From a virus (taxonomy: Duplodnaviria; Heunggongvirae; Uroviricota; Caudoviricetes), in IMG/VR virus record IMGVR_UViG_2663763326_000013: a DNA stretch of 45,258 nt; one strand, written 5' to 3'. A program made the translations under genes and the position numbers. Positions 7,842-16,578 of this stretch are shown piece after piece. How positions within the stretch are numbered: the stretch's first letter is position 1; every line of letters begins with the position of its first letter. The notes under the pieces were generated by a model, which ran no database searches, was not told the origin of the DNA, and worked only from the letters and a program-made list of their open reading frames with translations.

Positions 7842-8986
7842 ACAGTTTAACGGCAAATAACCGTTTGTCGCAACAGCTGGTGGTCAGTGTCGCTGAACAC
7901 CTGTTGTTACGGCATGAATGCAGATTACCAAATCACTTGGCTGTAAGTAACCACAGAGAACTTTACCTGACTGTGGGGGGCGAGTTGTGCAGGAACTTAA
8001 CCGCTGGTTTCGTGACGGAAGAGGGCTTTATGTCCATGTTATTCGTTGGGAGCCAGAAACACAGCGCGTTATCTATCTTCGCAAAGACTACCCGCATGAG
8101 TGCTTTAGTCCTTTGTGGAAATTCAGGCGTGATTTTGTTGAGTGTGAAGGACCACCAGCACATTGATTCTGCCATTCCGGGACGTTACACTGTTCAGGCA
8201 CCTTATAAAGCGGGTGCCGGGATTGGCGTCCTGGAATTGCATACGGCGACAATTGGCGCGTTAGCGTCTTTTTTGTTGCTACAACTCAGCTATACCCAAA
8301 TTATGGTGGGCTGGGTGGGGGCACCGAAAGGTGCGCCGGTTTCCGTATGCGCCGGTTACGCCAACCCTGCTCAGTTCACCACCAGCGAAATTGGCGTTTC
8401 CGGTGGTGGAAGTTATCCATTGCATACGGAGGCTGCCATCATGGCTACGATCCCTGCCTTAGTTCAACCTGAACTTTGCATTATTGCAGACAAAGTTGTT
8501 ACTTCTTCTCTGGCTGTTGCTAGTTATTTCGGCAAACAACACAAAAATGTCATTCAAAAAATTGCGTCTCTTGAATGCTCTGCCGAATTTACTGAGCTGA
8601 ATTTCCAGCTCAGTGAGTACATCGACGCATCAGGCCGCAAACTACCTTGCTATCAAATAACCCGCGACGGCTTTGCGTTTCTTGCTATGGGTTTCACGGG
8701 TAAACGTGCTGCCCAGTTCAAAGAGGCATATATCAATGCCTTTAACCAGATGGAGAAACAGCTTTCAAAACCCTCTGTACCGAGCGACGTTGCACATAAC
8801 GCCAGCGTTCTCTATTCCTACATTTCATCAATTCATCAGGTCTGGCTGCAGCAGCTTTATCCTATGTTGGCAAAAGCCGAATCTCCGCTGGCTGTTAGCT
8901 TGTATGACTATATTAATGATGCTTCGGCACTGGCCTGCCTCATAAATTTGTCGCTGAACCCTTCAGAGGTAAGGGGGCGCAAATGA
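7838..8986 (+). CDS. Rha-family phage regulatory protein (Rha domain in C-terminal half; likely internal start at 8441)
   Basis: Frame open 7838-8986. Residues from 8441 (MATIPALVQPELCIIADKVV...GKQHKNVIQKI...ITRDGFAFLAMGFTGKRAAQFKEAYINAF) match the Rha signature, with GGAGG 9 nt upstream of 8441. N-terminal 200 codons of uncertain reality. Confidence 0.4.
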   Translation: MNSLTANNRLSQQLVVSVAEHLLLRHECRLPNHLAVSNHRELYLTVGGELCRNLTAGFVTEEGFMSMLFVGSQKHSALSIFAKTTRMSALVLCGNSGVILLSVKDHQHIDSAIPGRYTVQAPYKAGAGIGVLELHTATIGALASFLLLQLSYTQIMVGWVGAPKGAPVSVCAGYANPAQFTTSEIGVSGGGSYPLHTEAAIMATIPALVQPELCIIADKVVTSSLAVASYFGKQHKNVIQKIASLECSAEFTELNFQLSEYIDASGRKLPCYQITRDGFAFLAMGFTGKRAAQFKEAYINAFNQMEKQLSKPSVPSDVAHNASVLYSYISSIHQVWLQQLYPMLAKAESPLAVSLYDYINDASALACLINLSLNPSEVRGRK

Positions 8987-9207
8987 TCCGGAATATTTTC
9001 AAACGGTTTACCAATCAGGCTTTCCGTTGTCCTCGTCCGGGTCAGTGGTACACCACACCCGCAGGGCATGTTCTACGTGTTAGCCTGGTTGACCGTGAAT
9101 GTCAGAAGGTGATTTGTGAACCGCTGGGCCGTAGTTACCGCGTCAGTATGCCGCTTATAGCCTTTCGCTCCGGAAAAAACATGAAGCATCTCGGAGGTGC
9201 TGCATGA
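8983..9207 (+). CDS. hypothetical small protein
   Basis: 74-aa ORF with ATGA stop/start overlaps on both sides, suggesting translational coupling. Confidence 0.35.
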   Translation: MIRNIFKRFTNQAFRCPRPGQWYTTPAGHVLRVSLVDRECQKVICEPLGRSYRVSMPLIAFRSGKNMKHLGGAA

Positions 9208-9626
9208 GTATGGAGCTGATGGTTAAAGCGATGAAAATTCGAGTGGGTAATCCATTGCGAAAACTGGTTCTGATCAAGCTGGCTGATAATGCCAGCGATC
9301 AGGGGGAGTGCTGGCCCAGCTACCAGCATATTGCTGACCAGTGCGAGATTAGCAAACGTTCTGTGATGAATCATATTGCGGCCCTTTGTGAGTCCGGGCT
9401 GGTAAAAAAAGTCACCCGGAAAGGTGAAAAAGGTAACTCAAGTAATATCTATCTCCTTCATCTGGATGGTGCAGGAGATTCACTAGGGGGTAGTGCAAAT
9501 AATTCACTATCTGGTGCAGCAAATTCACCAGGTAGTGCAGGAGTTGCACCAGGGGTAGTGCAGGAGATTCACCCAGAACCAGTCACTCTTTTGAACCAGT
9601 CAAAGAACCAGTCAATGAACCAATAG
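9204..9626 (+). CDS. Replication-initiator-like HTH protein (O-like N-terminal domain; possibly split from the next ORF)
   Basis: 140 aa; N-terminal HTH (SYQHIADQCEISKRSVMNHIAAL) typical of phage replication proteins; 3' third is encoded by iteron-like DNA repeats. Confidence 0.45.
   Translation: MSMELMVKAMKIRVGNPLRKLVLIKLADNASDQGECWPSYQHIADQCEISKRSVMNHIAALCESGLVKKVTRKGEKGNSSNIYLLHLDGAGDSLGGSANNSLSGAANSPGSAGVAPGVVQEIHPEPVTLLNQSKNQSMNQ
9469..9624. repeat. Iteron-like direct repeats (putative replication origin): five 15-bp GTGCA-N5-TNCAC units, then four tandem GAACCAGTCA-like units
   Basis: 15-mers start at 9469, 9492, 9515, 9535, 9558 (spacing 23, 23, 20, 23 bp), each with GTGCA/TGCAC-type internal symmetry; GAACCAGTCA repeats 9575-9624. 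Confidence 0.45.
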
Positions 9627-9652
9627 CTGTTGGTGCATCAGTTGATGAGTCC

Positions 9653-10021
9653 GTGCGAGTTCGTTCAAACCGACCGGAATACTCTCCGGAGTTTGAGCAG
9701 GCATGGCTGGCATATCCCAAACGTGCTGGTGGCAATTCAAAATCTGCAGCCTTCAAAGCCTGGAAAGCCCGTTTGAATGAGGGAGTAAACCCCGAAACCA
9801 TGCTGGAAGGTGTGAAACGCTACGCGGGCTGGGTATCTGCGATGGGTAACAGCGGCACACAATTTGTGAAACAGGCTGTCACGTTCTTTGGTCCGGATCG
9901 TCATTTCGAAGAATCCTGGGAAGTTCCTGCGGTATCTGCAGCCAGACGCGAGGACCCGTACTTCAAAGCCAGTTACGACAACGTGGACTACAGCCAGATC
10001 CCGGCAGGATTCAGGGGGTGA
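9653..10021 (+). CDS. hypothetical protein (possible C-terminal replication-initiator domain)
   Basis: 122-aa ORF 26 bp after the preceding ORF; function inferred from position only. Confidence 0.35.
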   Translation: MRVRSNRPEYSPEFEQAWLAYPKRAGGNSKSAAFKAWKARLNEGVNPETMLEGVKRYAGWVSAMGNSGTQFVKQAVTFFGPDRHFEESWEVPAVSAARREDPYFKASYDNVDYSQIPAGFRG

Positions 10022-10512
10022 TCATGAGTCTTTTGAATGAAGTTCAGAAATTCATTGAAGCCCATCCGGGGTGTACTTCCGGAGACATTGCGGATGCTTT
10101 TGCAGGTTACTCACGGCAGCGCGTTCTGCAGTCAGCAAGCAAGTTACGTCAGAGTGGGCGTGTGGCTCACCGTTGTGAAGGAGATACACGCAGACATTTC
10201 CCACGCCTGACTGAGAGAGCGCAGGAACCGGAACCACAACCAGTTCGAGAAACCAGACCTGTGCGCAATTTCTATGTCGGCACTAACGATCCACGGGTGA
10301 TTTTGTGCCTGACCCGCCAGGCTGAAGAACTGGAGTCCAGGGGCTTATACCGTCGTGCTGCAACCGTGTGGATGGCGGCATTCCGTGAAAGCCACTCCCA
10401 GCCAGAACGAAACAATTTTCTGGCGCGTCGTGAACGGTGTTTACGGAAAAGCAGTAAGCGGGCTGCATCAGGTGAAGAGTGGTATCTCTCAGGGAATTAC
10501 GTGGGGGCTTAA
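10018..10512 (+). CDS. PerC/ANR-like regulator with N-terminal winged-helix-like extension
   Basis: 164 aa; C-terminal LESRGLYRRAATVWMAAF...RRERCLRKS resembles the PerC-family core (GLWRRAA.RW...RR..C) by recall. Confidence 0.35.
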   Translation: MIMSLLNEVQKFIEAHPGCTSGDIADAFAGYSRQRVLQSASKLRQSGRVAHRCEGDTRRHFPRLTERAQEPEPQPVRETRPVRNFYVGTNDPRVILCLTRQAEELESRGLYRRAATVWMAAFRESHSQPERNNFLARRERCLRKSSKRAASGEEWYLSGNYVGA

Positions 10513-11165
10513 TGAGTAATAAATATTGCCAGGCGCTGGTGGAACTGCGGAACAAACCAGCCCATGAACTGAAGGAAGTGGGCGATCAGTGGCGCACGCC
10601 GGACAACATTTTCTGGGGAATTAACACCCTGTTTGGCCCGTTTGTTCTGGATCTGTTTACTGACGGTGATAACGCCAAATGTGCCGCGTATTACACGGCG
10701 GAAGATAACGCGCTGGCGCATGACTGGTCAGAACGTCTTGCGGAGCTTAAAGGTGCTGCCTTTGGTAATCCCCCATACAGCCGCGCCAGTCAGCATGAGG
10801 GGCAATACATCACCGGCATGCGTTACATCATGAAACATGCCAGTGCCATGCGTGATAAGGGCGGGCGCTATGTTTTCCTGATCAAAGCGGCCACCAGCGA
10901 AGTGTGGTGGCCGGAAGATGCAGATCATATTGCTTTTATTCGCGGGCGTATTGGTTTTGAACTGCCTGCCTGGTTTATACCGAAGGACGAGAAGCAGGTG
11001 CCGACAGGCGCTTTCTTCGCTGGTGCTATTGCTGTTTTCGACAAGACCTGGAAGGGACCGGCAATCAGCTACATCGGGCGTGATGAACTTGAGGCATGTG
11101 GTGAGGCGTTTCTGGCGCAGGTTCGCCAGCAGGCGGAAAAACTGGTCAGGGAGATGGCGGCATGA
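10512..11165 (+). CDS. Phage N6-adenine DNA methyltransferase (Dam-like, orphan)
   Basis: ORF 10479-11165; start set at ATG 10512 (TAATG overlap with upstream stop). Catalytic NPPY motif (FGNPPYS) present. Confidence 0.6.
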   Translation: MSNKYCQALVELRNKPAHELKEVGDQWRTPDNIFWGINTLFGPFVLDLFTDGDNAKCAAYYTAEDNALAHDWSERLAELKGAAFGNPPYSRASQHEGQYITGMRYIMKHASAMRDKGGRYVFLIKAATSEVWWPEDADHIAFIRGRIGFELPAWFIPKDEKQVPTGAFFAGAIAVFDKTWKGPAISYIGRDELEACGEAFLAQVRQQAEKLVREMAA

Positions 11166-11488
11166 CGACGTTAACTCAATGCCAGCAGCAGGTGCTGGAT
11201 ATGCTGATTTCTTACCAGAAAGAACGTGGCTTCCCGCCAACCAATCAGGAGGTGGCAACCATGCTGGGATACCGTTCAGTGAATGCAGCGGTGGAACATC
11301 TTCGCGCACTGGAGAAAAAAGGCGTCATCACGATAAAGCGTGGCGTGGCCCGGGGTATCACGCTTCATACCGCGGTGAAGGACGACGACAGCGAGGCGGT
11401 CGGGATTATCCGCTCACTGCTTGCCGGTGAGGAAAACGCCAGGCTGCGTGCAGCCCACTGGTTACATGAGAGAGGCCTGAAAGTATGA
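11162..11488 (+). CDS. LexA-DNA-binding-domain-like winged-helix protein
   Basis: 108 aa; N-terminal LTQCQQQVLDMLISYQKERGFPPTNQEVATMLGYRSVNAAVEHLRALEKKGVI resembles LexA N-terminal domain; no peptidase domain. Confidence 0.4.
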   Translation: MTTLTQCQQQVLDMLISYQKERGFPPTNQEVATMLGYRSVNAAVEHLRALEKKGVITIKRGVARGITLHTAVKDDDSEAVGIIRSLLAGEENARLRAAHWLHERGLKV

Positions 11489-11874
11489 AGCTGATCCTGC
11501 CTTTCCCGCCCAGCGTGAACACGTACTGGCGACACCCCAACAAAGGGGCATTTGCTGGTAAGAGCCTGATAAGCGCGGCGGGGCGAAAATTTCAGAGCGC
11601 GGCGTGCGCAGCAATAGTTGAGCAGTTACGTCGTCTGCCAAAACCAACGTCGGCACCTGCTGCAGTGGAGATCGTGTTGTTTCCTCCGGATAACCGGATC
11701 CGCGATCTGGACAACTATAACAAGGCGCTGTTTGACGCGTTGACCCACGCGGGTGTGTGGGAAGACGACAGACAGGTGAAAAGAATGCTGGTGGAGTGGG
11801 GACCGGTTATCCCGAAAGGGAAGGTCGAGATCACCATCAGTAAGTACGAGAAAACGGCGGGTGCAGCCGCCTGA
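11485..11874 (+). CDS. rusA: RusA-family Holliday junction resolvase
   Basis: 129 aa; MKLILPFPPSVNTYW start and DLDNYNKA(L)FDAL catalytic region are hallmark RusA motifs. Confidence 0.8.
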   Translation: MKLILPFPPSVNTYWRHPNKGAFAGKSLISAAGRKFQSAACAAIVEQLRRLPKPTSAPAAVEIVLFPPDNRIRDLDNYNKALFDALTHAGVWEDDRQVKRMLVEWGPVIPKGKVEITISKYEKTAGAAA

Positions 11875-11893
11875 TCAAGAGGAGAAACGAAGT

Positions 11894-12703
11894 ATGAATA
11901 ATCTGATGGTCATTGATGGTATTGAAGTTCGTCGTGATGCTTATGGGCGTTACAGCCTGAACGATCTGCACAGGGCTGCCGGGGGAGAACAAAAAAACCG
12001 CCCGAAATACTGGCTCTCCAATAAGCAAACCTGTGAATTGATTGAACAACTTTTCACCGAGGGTGGAATTCCGCCTCTGGAACAAAATCAACCAGTTAGC
12101 GTCATTAATGGCGGAAATAACCAGGGGACGTATGTCTGCAAAGAACTGGTGTATGCCTATGCAATGTGGATCAGCCCGTCATTCCATCTGAAGGTGATCC
12201 GTACTTTCGACATGGTAACCAGCGCACCGGAAAAATTATCCGGACAGGCTGCTGACAAGATGCAGGCTGGCGTGATCCTGCTGGACTTTATGCGCCGGGA
12301 ATTAAATCTGTCTAACTCATCAGTGCTTGGAGCCTGTCAGAAGCTTCAGGAGGCTGTTGGCTTACCGAATCTGGCACCGCGCTATGCCATTGATGCTCCT
12401 GCTGACGCGCCTGATGGCTCAAGTCGCCCCACGCTGTCGCTGAGTGCACTGCTGAAGCAGTATGGTATCCGCCTGACGGCTAATCAGGCATATCACCAGA
12501 TGGTGAAGCTGGGGATCGTTGAACAACGCGAACGATACAGCCGTACCGCGATTAACAACATCAAAAAATTCTGGTCGCTGACGGCGAAAGGCTGCATGTT
12601 CGGCAAGAACATCACCAGTCCTGCAAATCCGCGCGAGACGCAGCCGCATTTCTTCGAATCCCGATTCCCTGAGCTGTTAAAGCTGCTCGATACCGTTCAT
12701 TGA
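11894..12703 (+). CDS. KilA-N domain protein (antirepressor-like N-terminal domain)
   Basis: ORF 11861-12703; start set at ATG 11894 with AGGAG upstream. N-terminal MNNLMVIDGIEVRRDAYGRYSLNDLHRAAGGE is typical of KilA-N. Confidence 0.55.
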   Translation: MNNLMVIDGIEVRRDAYGRYSLNDLHRAAGGEQKNRPKYWLSNKQTCELIEQLFTEGGIPPLEQNQPVSVINGGNNQGTYVCKELVYAYAMWISPSFHLKVIRTFDMVTSAPEKLSGQAADKMQAGVILLDFMRRELNLSNSSVLGACQKLQEAVGLPNLAPRYAIDAPADAPDGSSRPTLSLSALLKQYGIRLTANQAYHQMVKLGIVEQRERYSRTAINNIKKFWSLTAKGCMFGKNITSPANPRETQPHFFESRFPELLKLLDTVH

Positions 12704-12704
12704 G

Positions 12705-13700
12705 GTGACCGTGAGAGCACTACTGACCCCTGAAATTGCCCCGCGTATGGGGATCGTATTGTTCAGGCCAGGTTCAGAGCTGATGCCCCTGTTTATGCAG
12801 GGGCGTGTTCTGCTGGAGCCTGAGCCGGAACGTTATTCATCTTTCGCCAGTGGTGCCGTTCCGGCGGCATCACAACCGCTGGCGGATGATCCTGCCGTTC
12901 GGGCCGTGTTCCGCAATGAGGCAGTGATCCGTCGTGCTGGTGGCGTGGAATGTCTTGAAAGCTGGTTACTTCGTGAAAAAGGCTGCCAGTGGCCTCATTC
13001 CGACTGGCACAGCGAGAACATGACCACAATGCGACACGCTCCGGGCGCAATCCGTCTGTGCTGGCACTGCGATAACCAGCTGCGCGATCAGTTCACGGAA
13101 CGGCTGGAATCAATGGCAACGGATAACTGTGCCCGCTGGGTGTTGTCTGTTGTGCGTCGGGATCTCGGTTTTGATGATAGTCACGTTGTGACAATGCCGG
13201 AACTGTGCTGGTGGCTGATTCGTAATGACCTGGCGGATGCCTTACCGGAAAGTGCAGCCCGTAAGGCACTGAGATTACCAAAGCCTGTTGTGCCGTCTGT
13301 CACCCGGGAAAGTGACCTTGTGCCTTCGGTTCCTGCCACCAGCATCATCCAGGATAAGGCAAAAAAGGTGCTGGCGCTGAAAGTGGATCCGGAGTCGCCG
13401 GAGTCTTTTATGTTACGCCCAAAACGCCGCCGCTGGGTTAATGAAAAGTACACGCGCTGGGTTAAGACACAGCCGTGTGCATGTTGTGGAAAGCCTGCTG
13501 ATGATCCCCACCACCTGATAGGTCACGGTCAGGGTGGAATGGGAACAAAAGCGCATGACCTTTTTGTGTTGCCTTTGTGCAGAAAGCATCACGACGAGCT
13601 GCATGCGGATACCGTGGCATTTGAAGAGAAGTATGGCTCCCAGCTGGAGCTGATATTTCGTTTTATCGATCGTGCGCTGGCAATTGGCGTGCTGGCCTGA
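12705..13700 (+). CDS. DUF968-family protein with C-terminal HNH-like zinc-finger motif
   Basis: 331 aa, GTG start; C-terminal CACCGKP...HH...CRKHHDELH resembles an HNH/zinc-ribbon nuclease motif; nin-region position. Confidence 0.5.
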   Translation: MTVRALLTPEIAPRMGIVLFRPGSELMPLFMQGRVLLEPEPERYSSFASGAVPAASQPLADDPAVRAVFRNEAVIRRAGGVECLESWLLREKGCQWPHSDWHSENMTTMRHAPGAIRLCWHCDNQLRDQFTERLESMATDNCARWVLSVVRRDLGFDDSHVVTMPELCWWLIRNDLADALPESAARKALRLPKPVVPSVTRESDLVPSVPATSIIQDKAKKVLALKVDPESPESFMLRPKRRRWVNEKYTRWVKTQPCACCGKPADDPHHLIGHGQGGMGTKAHDLFVLPLCRKHHDELHADTVAFEEKYGSQLELIFRFIDRALAIGVLA

Positions 13701-13717
13701 TTTTGTGGAGAAAGTTG

Positions 13718-14083
13718 ATGCGTGATATTCAAATGGTTCTTGAACGTTGGGGGGCATGGGTGGCAAATAATCACGAGGATGTCACTTGGTCGTCTATTGC
13801 TGCAGGATTTAAAGGACTAATCCCTTCAAAAGTAAAATCCCGCCCGCAATGTTGTGACGATGACGCGATGATCATTTGTGGATGCATGGCTCGCCTGAAA
13901 AAGAACAACAGCGATTTGCACGATTTATTAGTGGATTATTATGTAGGTGGTATGACGTTTATGGCGCTTGCCCGTAAACATGGGCGTTCTGATTGCTGGG
14001 TTGGGCGTTTATTGCAAAAGGCTGAAGGTGTAGTTGATGGCATGTTAATGATGTTAGAAATTGAGCTAGAGATGGATCGTTAG
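13718..14083 (+). CDS. Late-gene antiterminator Q (QuuD/phage-82-type Q family)
   Basis: ORF from 13703; ATG at 13718 has GGAG 7 nt upstream. [14 protein letters not shown]...[24 protein letters not shown] recalled as Q-homologue of E. coli cryptic prophages. Confidence 0.7.
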   Translation: MRDIQMVLERWGAWVANNHEDVTWSSIAAGFKGLIPSKVKSRPQCCDDDAMIICGCMARLKKNNSDLHDLLVDYYVGGMTFMALARKHGRSDCWVGRLLQKAEGVVDGMLMMLEIELEMDR

Positions 14084-14125
14084 AAGACCTCTTATTAAGG
14101 GGGTAATTGAATCAGTTTAATGTGT

Positions 14126-14156
14126 GGGGAGTCGATTTATTCTCCCCATTTTATTT
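14126..14156 (+). terminator. Stem-loop GGGGAG-N10-CTCCCC followed by T-rich tract
   Basis: Read from sequence; lies between Q stop and the convergent lipoprotein gene. Confidence 0.35.
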
Positions 14157-14167
14157 AATTAATTTAC

Positions 14168-14614
14168 TTAAGGTTTTAATTCATCAAGACGTTGTTGGAT
14201 AGTGTTTTTGCTTGCGTTGTCTGTTATAGCCATTTGTTGTACTTGCCCCATTGCCATTTGAGTTTCCATCCACATATCGGCCCACACTTTTGTATCGTTA
14301 TTAACTTGAGCGATAGTAAATTTGACTTTTGATACCGGGGTTGTTGAATAGGCATTGCCGATTAACATTTGTCCAAAAACAGCAGACCCGCCTTCCAGTT
14401 CTTTACCACATATAACACTGCTGTTATCCGCGTTGTAAATTATCAACCCTCTACTATTGCAGTAATTCACAAGGGCATCTTTGACTTTATCTTTTGTCGT
14501 ATTTTGATAAACCCCCTCAGGTTTTCCTGATTGAGTTTTCTTTATCAATGGTACGGAAGAAGTACAACCTGAAATGATAGTTGCGCTAAGTAATAATACA
14601 GTCATTTTATTCAT
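14168..14614 (-). CDS. Lipoprotein of unknown function (moron; signal peptide with lipobox ISGC)
   Basis: 148 aa; N-terminal MNKMTVLLLSATIISGC is a signal peptide plus lipobox; gene is AT-rich and on the strand opposite to flanking phage genes. Confidence 0.55.
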   Translation of the reverse strand: MNKMTVLLLSATIISGCTSSVPLIKKTQSGKPEGVYQNTTKDKVKDALVNYCNSRGLIIYNADNSSVICGKELEGGSAVFGQMLIGNAYSTTPVSKVKFTIAQVNNDTKVWADMWMETQMAMGQVQQMAITDNASKNTIQQRLDELKP

Positions 14615-14679
14615 GTTTCTTATCCATTGTTAAGGGCATACCCACACAATTATTTTTATTGGAGATGAATAATCAACCG

Positions 14680-14707
14680 TTTACAATCGTAAAAAATCAA
14701 ATATGCT
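14680..14707 (+). promoter_or_regulatory. Putative late promoter pR' (TTTACA-16nt-TATGCT)
   Basis: Sigma70-like hexamers upstream of a short leader that ends in an intrinsic terminator; arrangement resembles lambdoid pR'/tR'. Confidence 0.35.
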
Positions 14708-14740
14708 GTTAAGAGTGGTTACTTCGCCACACAACTTAAA

Positions 14741-14762
14741 CCCGCCGCTGAGCGGTTTTTTT
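14741..14762 (+). terminator. Putative tR' intrinsic terminator (GCCGC-tga-GCGGU + U7)
   Basis: Short GC stem followed by TTTTTTT about 35 nt downstream of the putative pR' -10. Confidence 0.45.
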
Positions 14763-14860
14763 GTACCTGTAAACCTGGTGCAGTACAGTAAACACGCTGG
14801 TGGTCGTGAATACTGACTTTTTATCTTGCTGGCTTTTTAGACAAGAGTTATTGGTATGTC

Positions 14861-15088
14861 ATGTTAACCAGAAGGGAAAAAGACATGCTAAAACAGCAAG
14901 ATATGACAGAAACCGCCGCAGCAGTCCTTCATTTCTTACCTGCTGACAAGTGGGTAACGCCACGCATGATGACGAGAACTACCGGAGTAAGCGAAGCCCG
15001 GTGCCAGTTAATACTGACTCAGTTAGTTCTGGCGGGTCTGGCGAAGGATAACGGCGGGTACGGGAATAAATTCAGACGCTGCCAGTAA
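14861..15088 (+). CDS. hypothetical small protein (possible winged-helix)
   Basis: 75-aa ORF, first ORF of the putative late transcript, upstream of the methyltransferase. Confidence 0.35.
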   Translation: MLTRREKDMLKQQDMTETAAAVLHFLPADKWVTPRMMTRTTGVSEARCQLILTQLVLAGLAKDNGGYGNKFRRCQ

Positions 15089-15238
15089 TGGCGGTTTCCT
15101 GCTGTGAAAATGGGCGGCTGGTGGGTGTTGGTAGCACCTGCCAGCCATTCGCTCATGCTTACTGGTCACAAGCGAACCACGGCCCACTGCTTTAGCGCAA
15201 AAGCAGAGTGAGCCTACCAGAGTTACGCTTACTGATCC

Positions 15239-16291
15239 ATGAAAAATACTGTAAAAATAAACAGTGTTGATTTAATCAACGCTGATTGCCTGCATTTTAT
15301 TCAGTCCCTGCCTGATGATTCCATTGACCTGATTGTTACCGATCCGCCGTACTTCAAGGTGAAACCCAACGGCTGGGACAATCAGTGGAAAGGGGACGAA
15401 GATTACCTTAAGTGGCTGGACCACTGTCTGGCCCAGTTCTGGCGGGTGTTAAAACCTGCCGGAAGCCTTTACCTGTTCTGTGGGCATCGCCTGGCATCTG
15501 ATATTGAGATCATGATGCGTGAACGTTTCAACGTGCTTAACCATATCATCTGGGCGAAGCCGTCCGGACGTTGGAATGGGTGTAATAAAGAAAGTCTGCG
15601 CGCATATTTTCCTGCCACAGAGCGCGTTCTGTTTGCTGAACATTACCAGGGGCCATATCGCGGCAAAAGTGACGGCTATGCGGCAAAAGAAAGGGAACTC
15701 AAACAGCACATAATGGCACCGCTGATATCGTATTTCAGGGATGCTCGTGCCGAACTGGGTATAACGGCAAAACAAATTGCCGAAGCCACAGGTAAGAAAA
15801 ATATGGTTTCCCACTGGTTTGGTGCCAGTCAGTGGCAGTTGCCGAATGAGGCTGACTATCGGAAGTTACAGGCACTGTTTTCCCGTATAGCGGCAGAGAA
15901 GTTTCAGGAACAACAACTGGAACAACCACACCACCAGCTGGTGGCATCTTATGATTCACTGAATCGCAAATATTCTGAATTGCTGGATGAGTTTAAATCT
16001 CTCCGGCGCTATTTCTCCGTATCAGTCTCCGTGCCTTATACCGATGTCTGGATGCATAAACCCGTTCAGTTCTACCCGGGGAAACATCCGTGTGAGAAAC
16101 CGGCGGATATGCTCAGGCAAATAATCAATGCCAGTAGTCGACCAGGTGATCTGGTTGCTGATTTTTTTATGGGATCCGGTTCCACAATAAAAGCAGCAAT
16201 GGCGCTGGGGCGTCGGGCCTTAGGTGTTGAGCTTGAGTCAGAGCGGTTTAACCAGACAGTGAAAGAGATAAACGAGCTGGTGGGGAAATAA
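15239..16291 (+). CDS. DNA methyltransferase, beta-class N6-adenine/N4-cytosine type (orphan)
   Basis: 350 aa; motif IV DPPY near the N-terminus (LIVTDPPYF) and AdoMet motif FxGxG near the C-terminus (DFFMGSGST). No adjacent endonuclease. Confidence 0.7.
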
Positions 16292-16358
16292 TCTGGTGGC
16301 CACGTCAGGTGGCCTTTTTATTTCCATTACACAGCACCCGCATCTGCGAGGTGGGGTT

Positions 16359-16574
16359 ATGAAATCCATGGATAAGTTAACAACGGGTGTCGCCTATGGC
16401 ACCTCAGCAGGTAGTGCCGGGTACTGGTTTTTACAGTTGCTCGATAAAGTCACGCCCTCACAGTGGGCGGCAATAGGTGTGCTGGGTAGTCTGGTATTTG
16501 GCTTGCTGACGTATCTGACAAACCTTTATTTCAAGATTAAAGAAGACAAGCGTAAGGCTGCACGGGGAGAGTAA
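16359..16574 (+). CDS. Class II holin, phage-21 S21 pinholin family (dual-start MKSM motif)
   Basis: ORF from 16296; ATG at 16359 has GAGGTGGGG upstream. Sequence [29 protein letters not shown]...[35 protein letters not shown] recalled as near-identical in pattern to S21. Confidence 0.7.
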
Positions 16575-16578
16575 TTCA

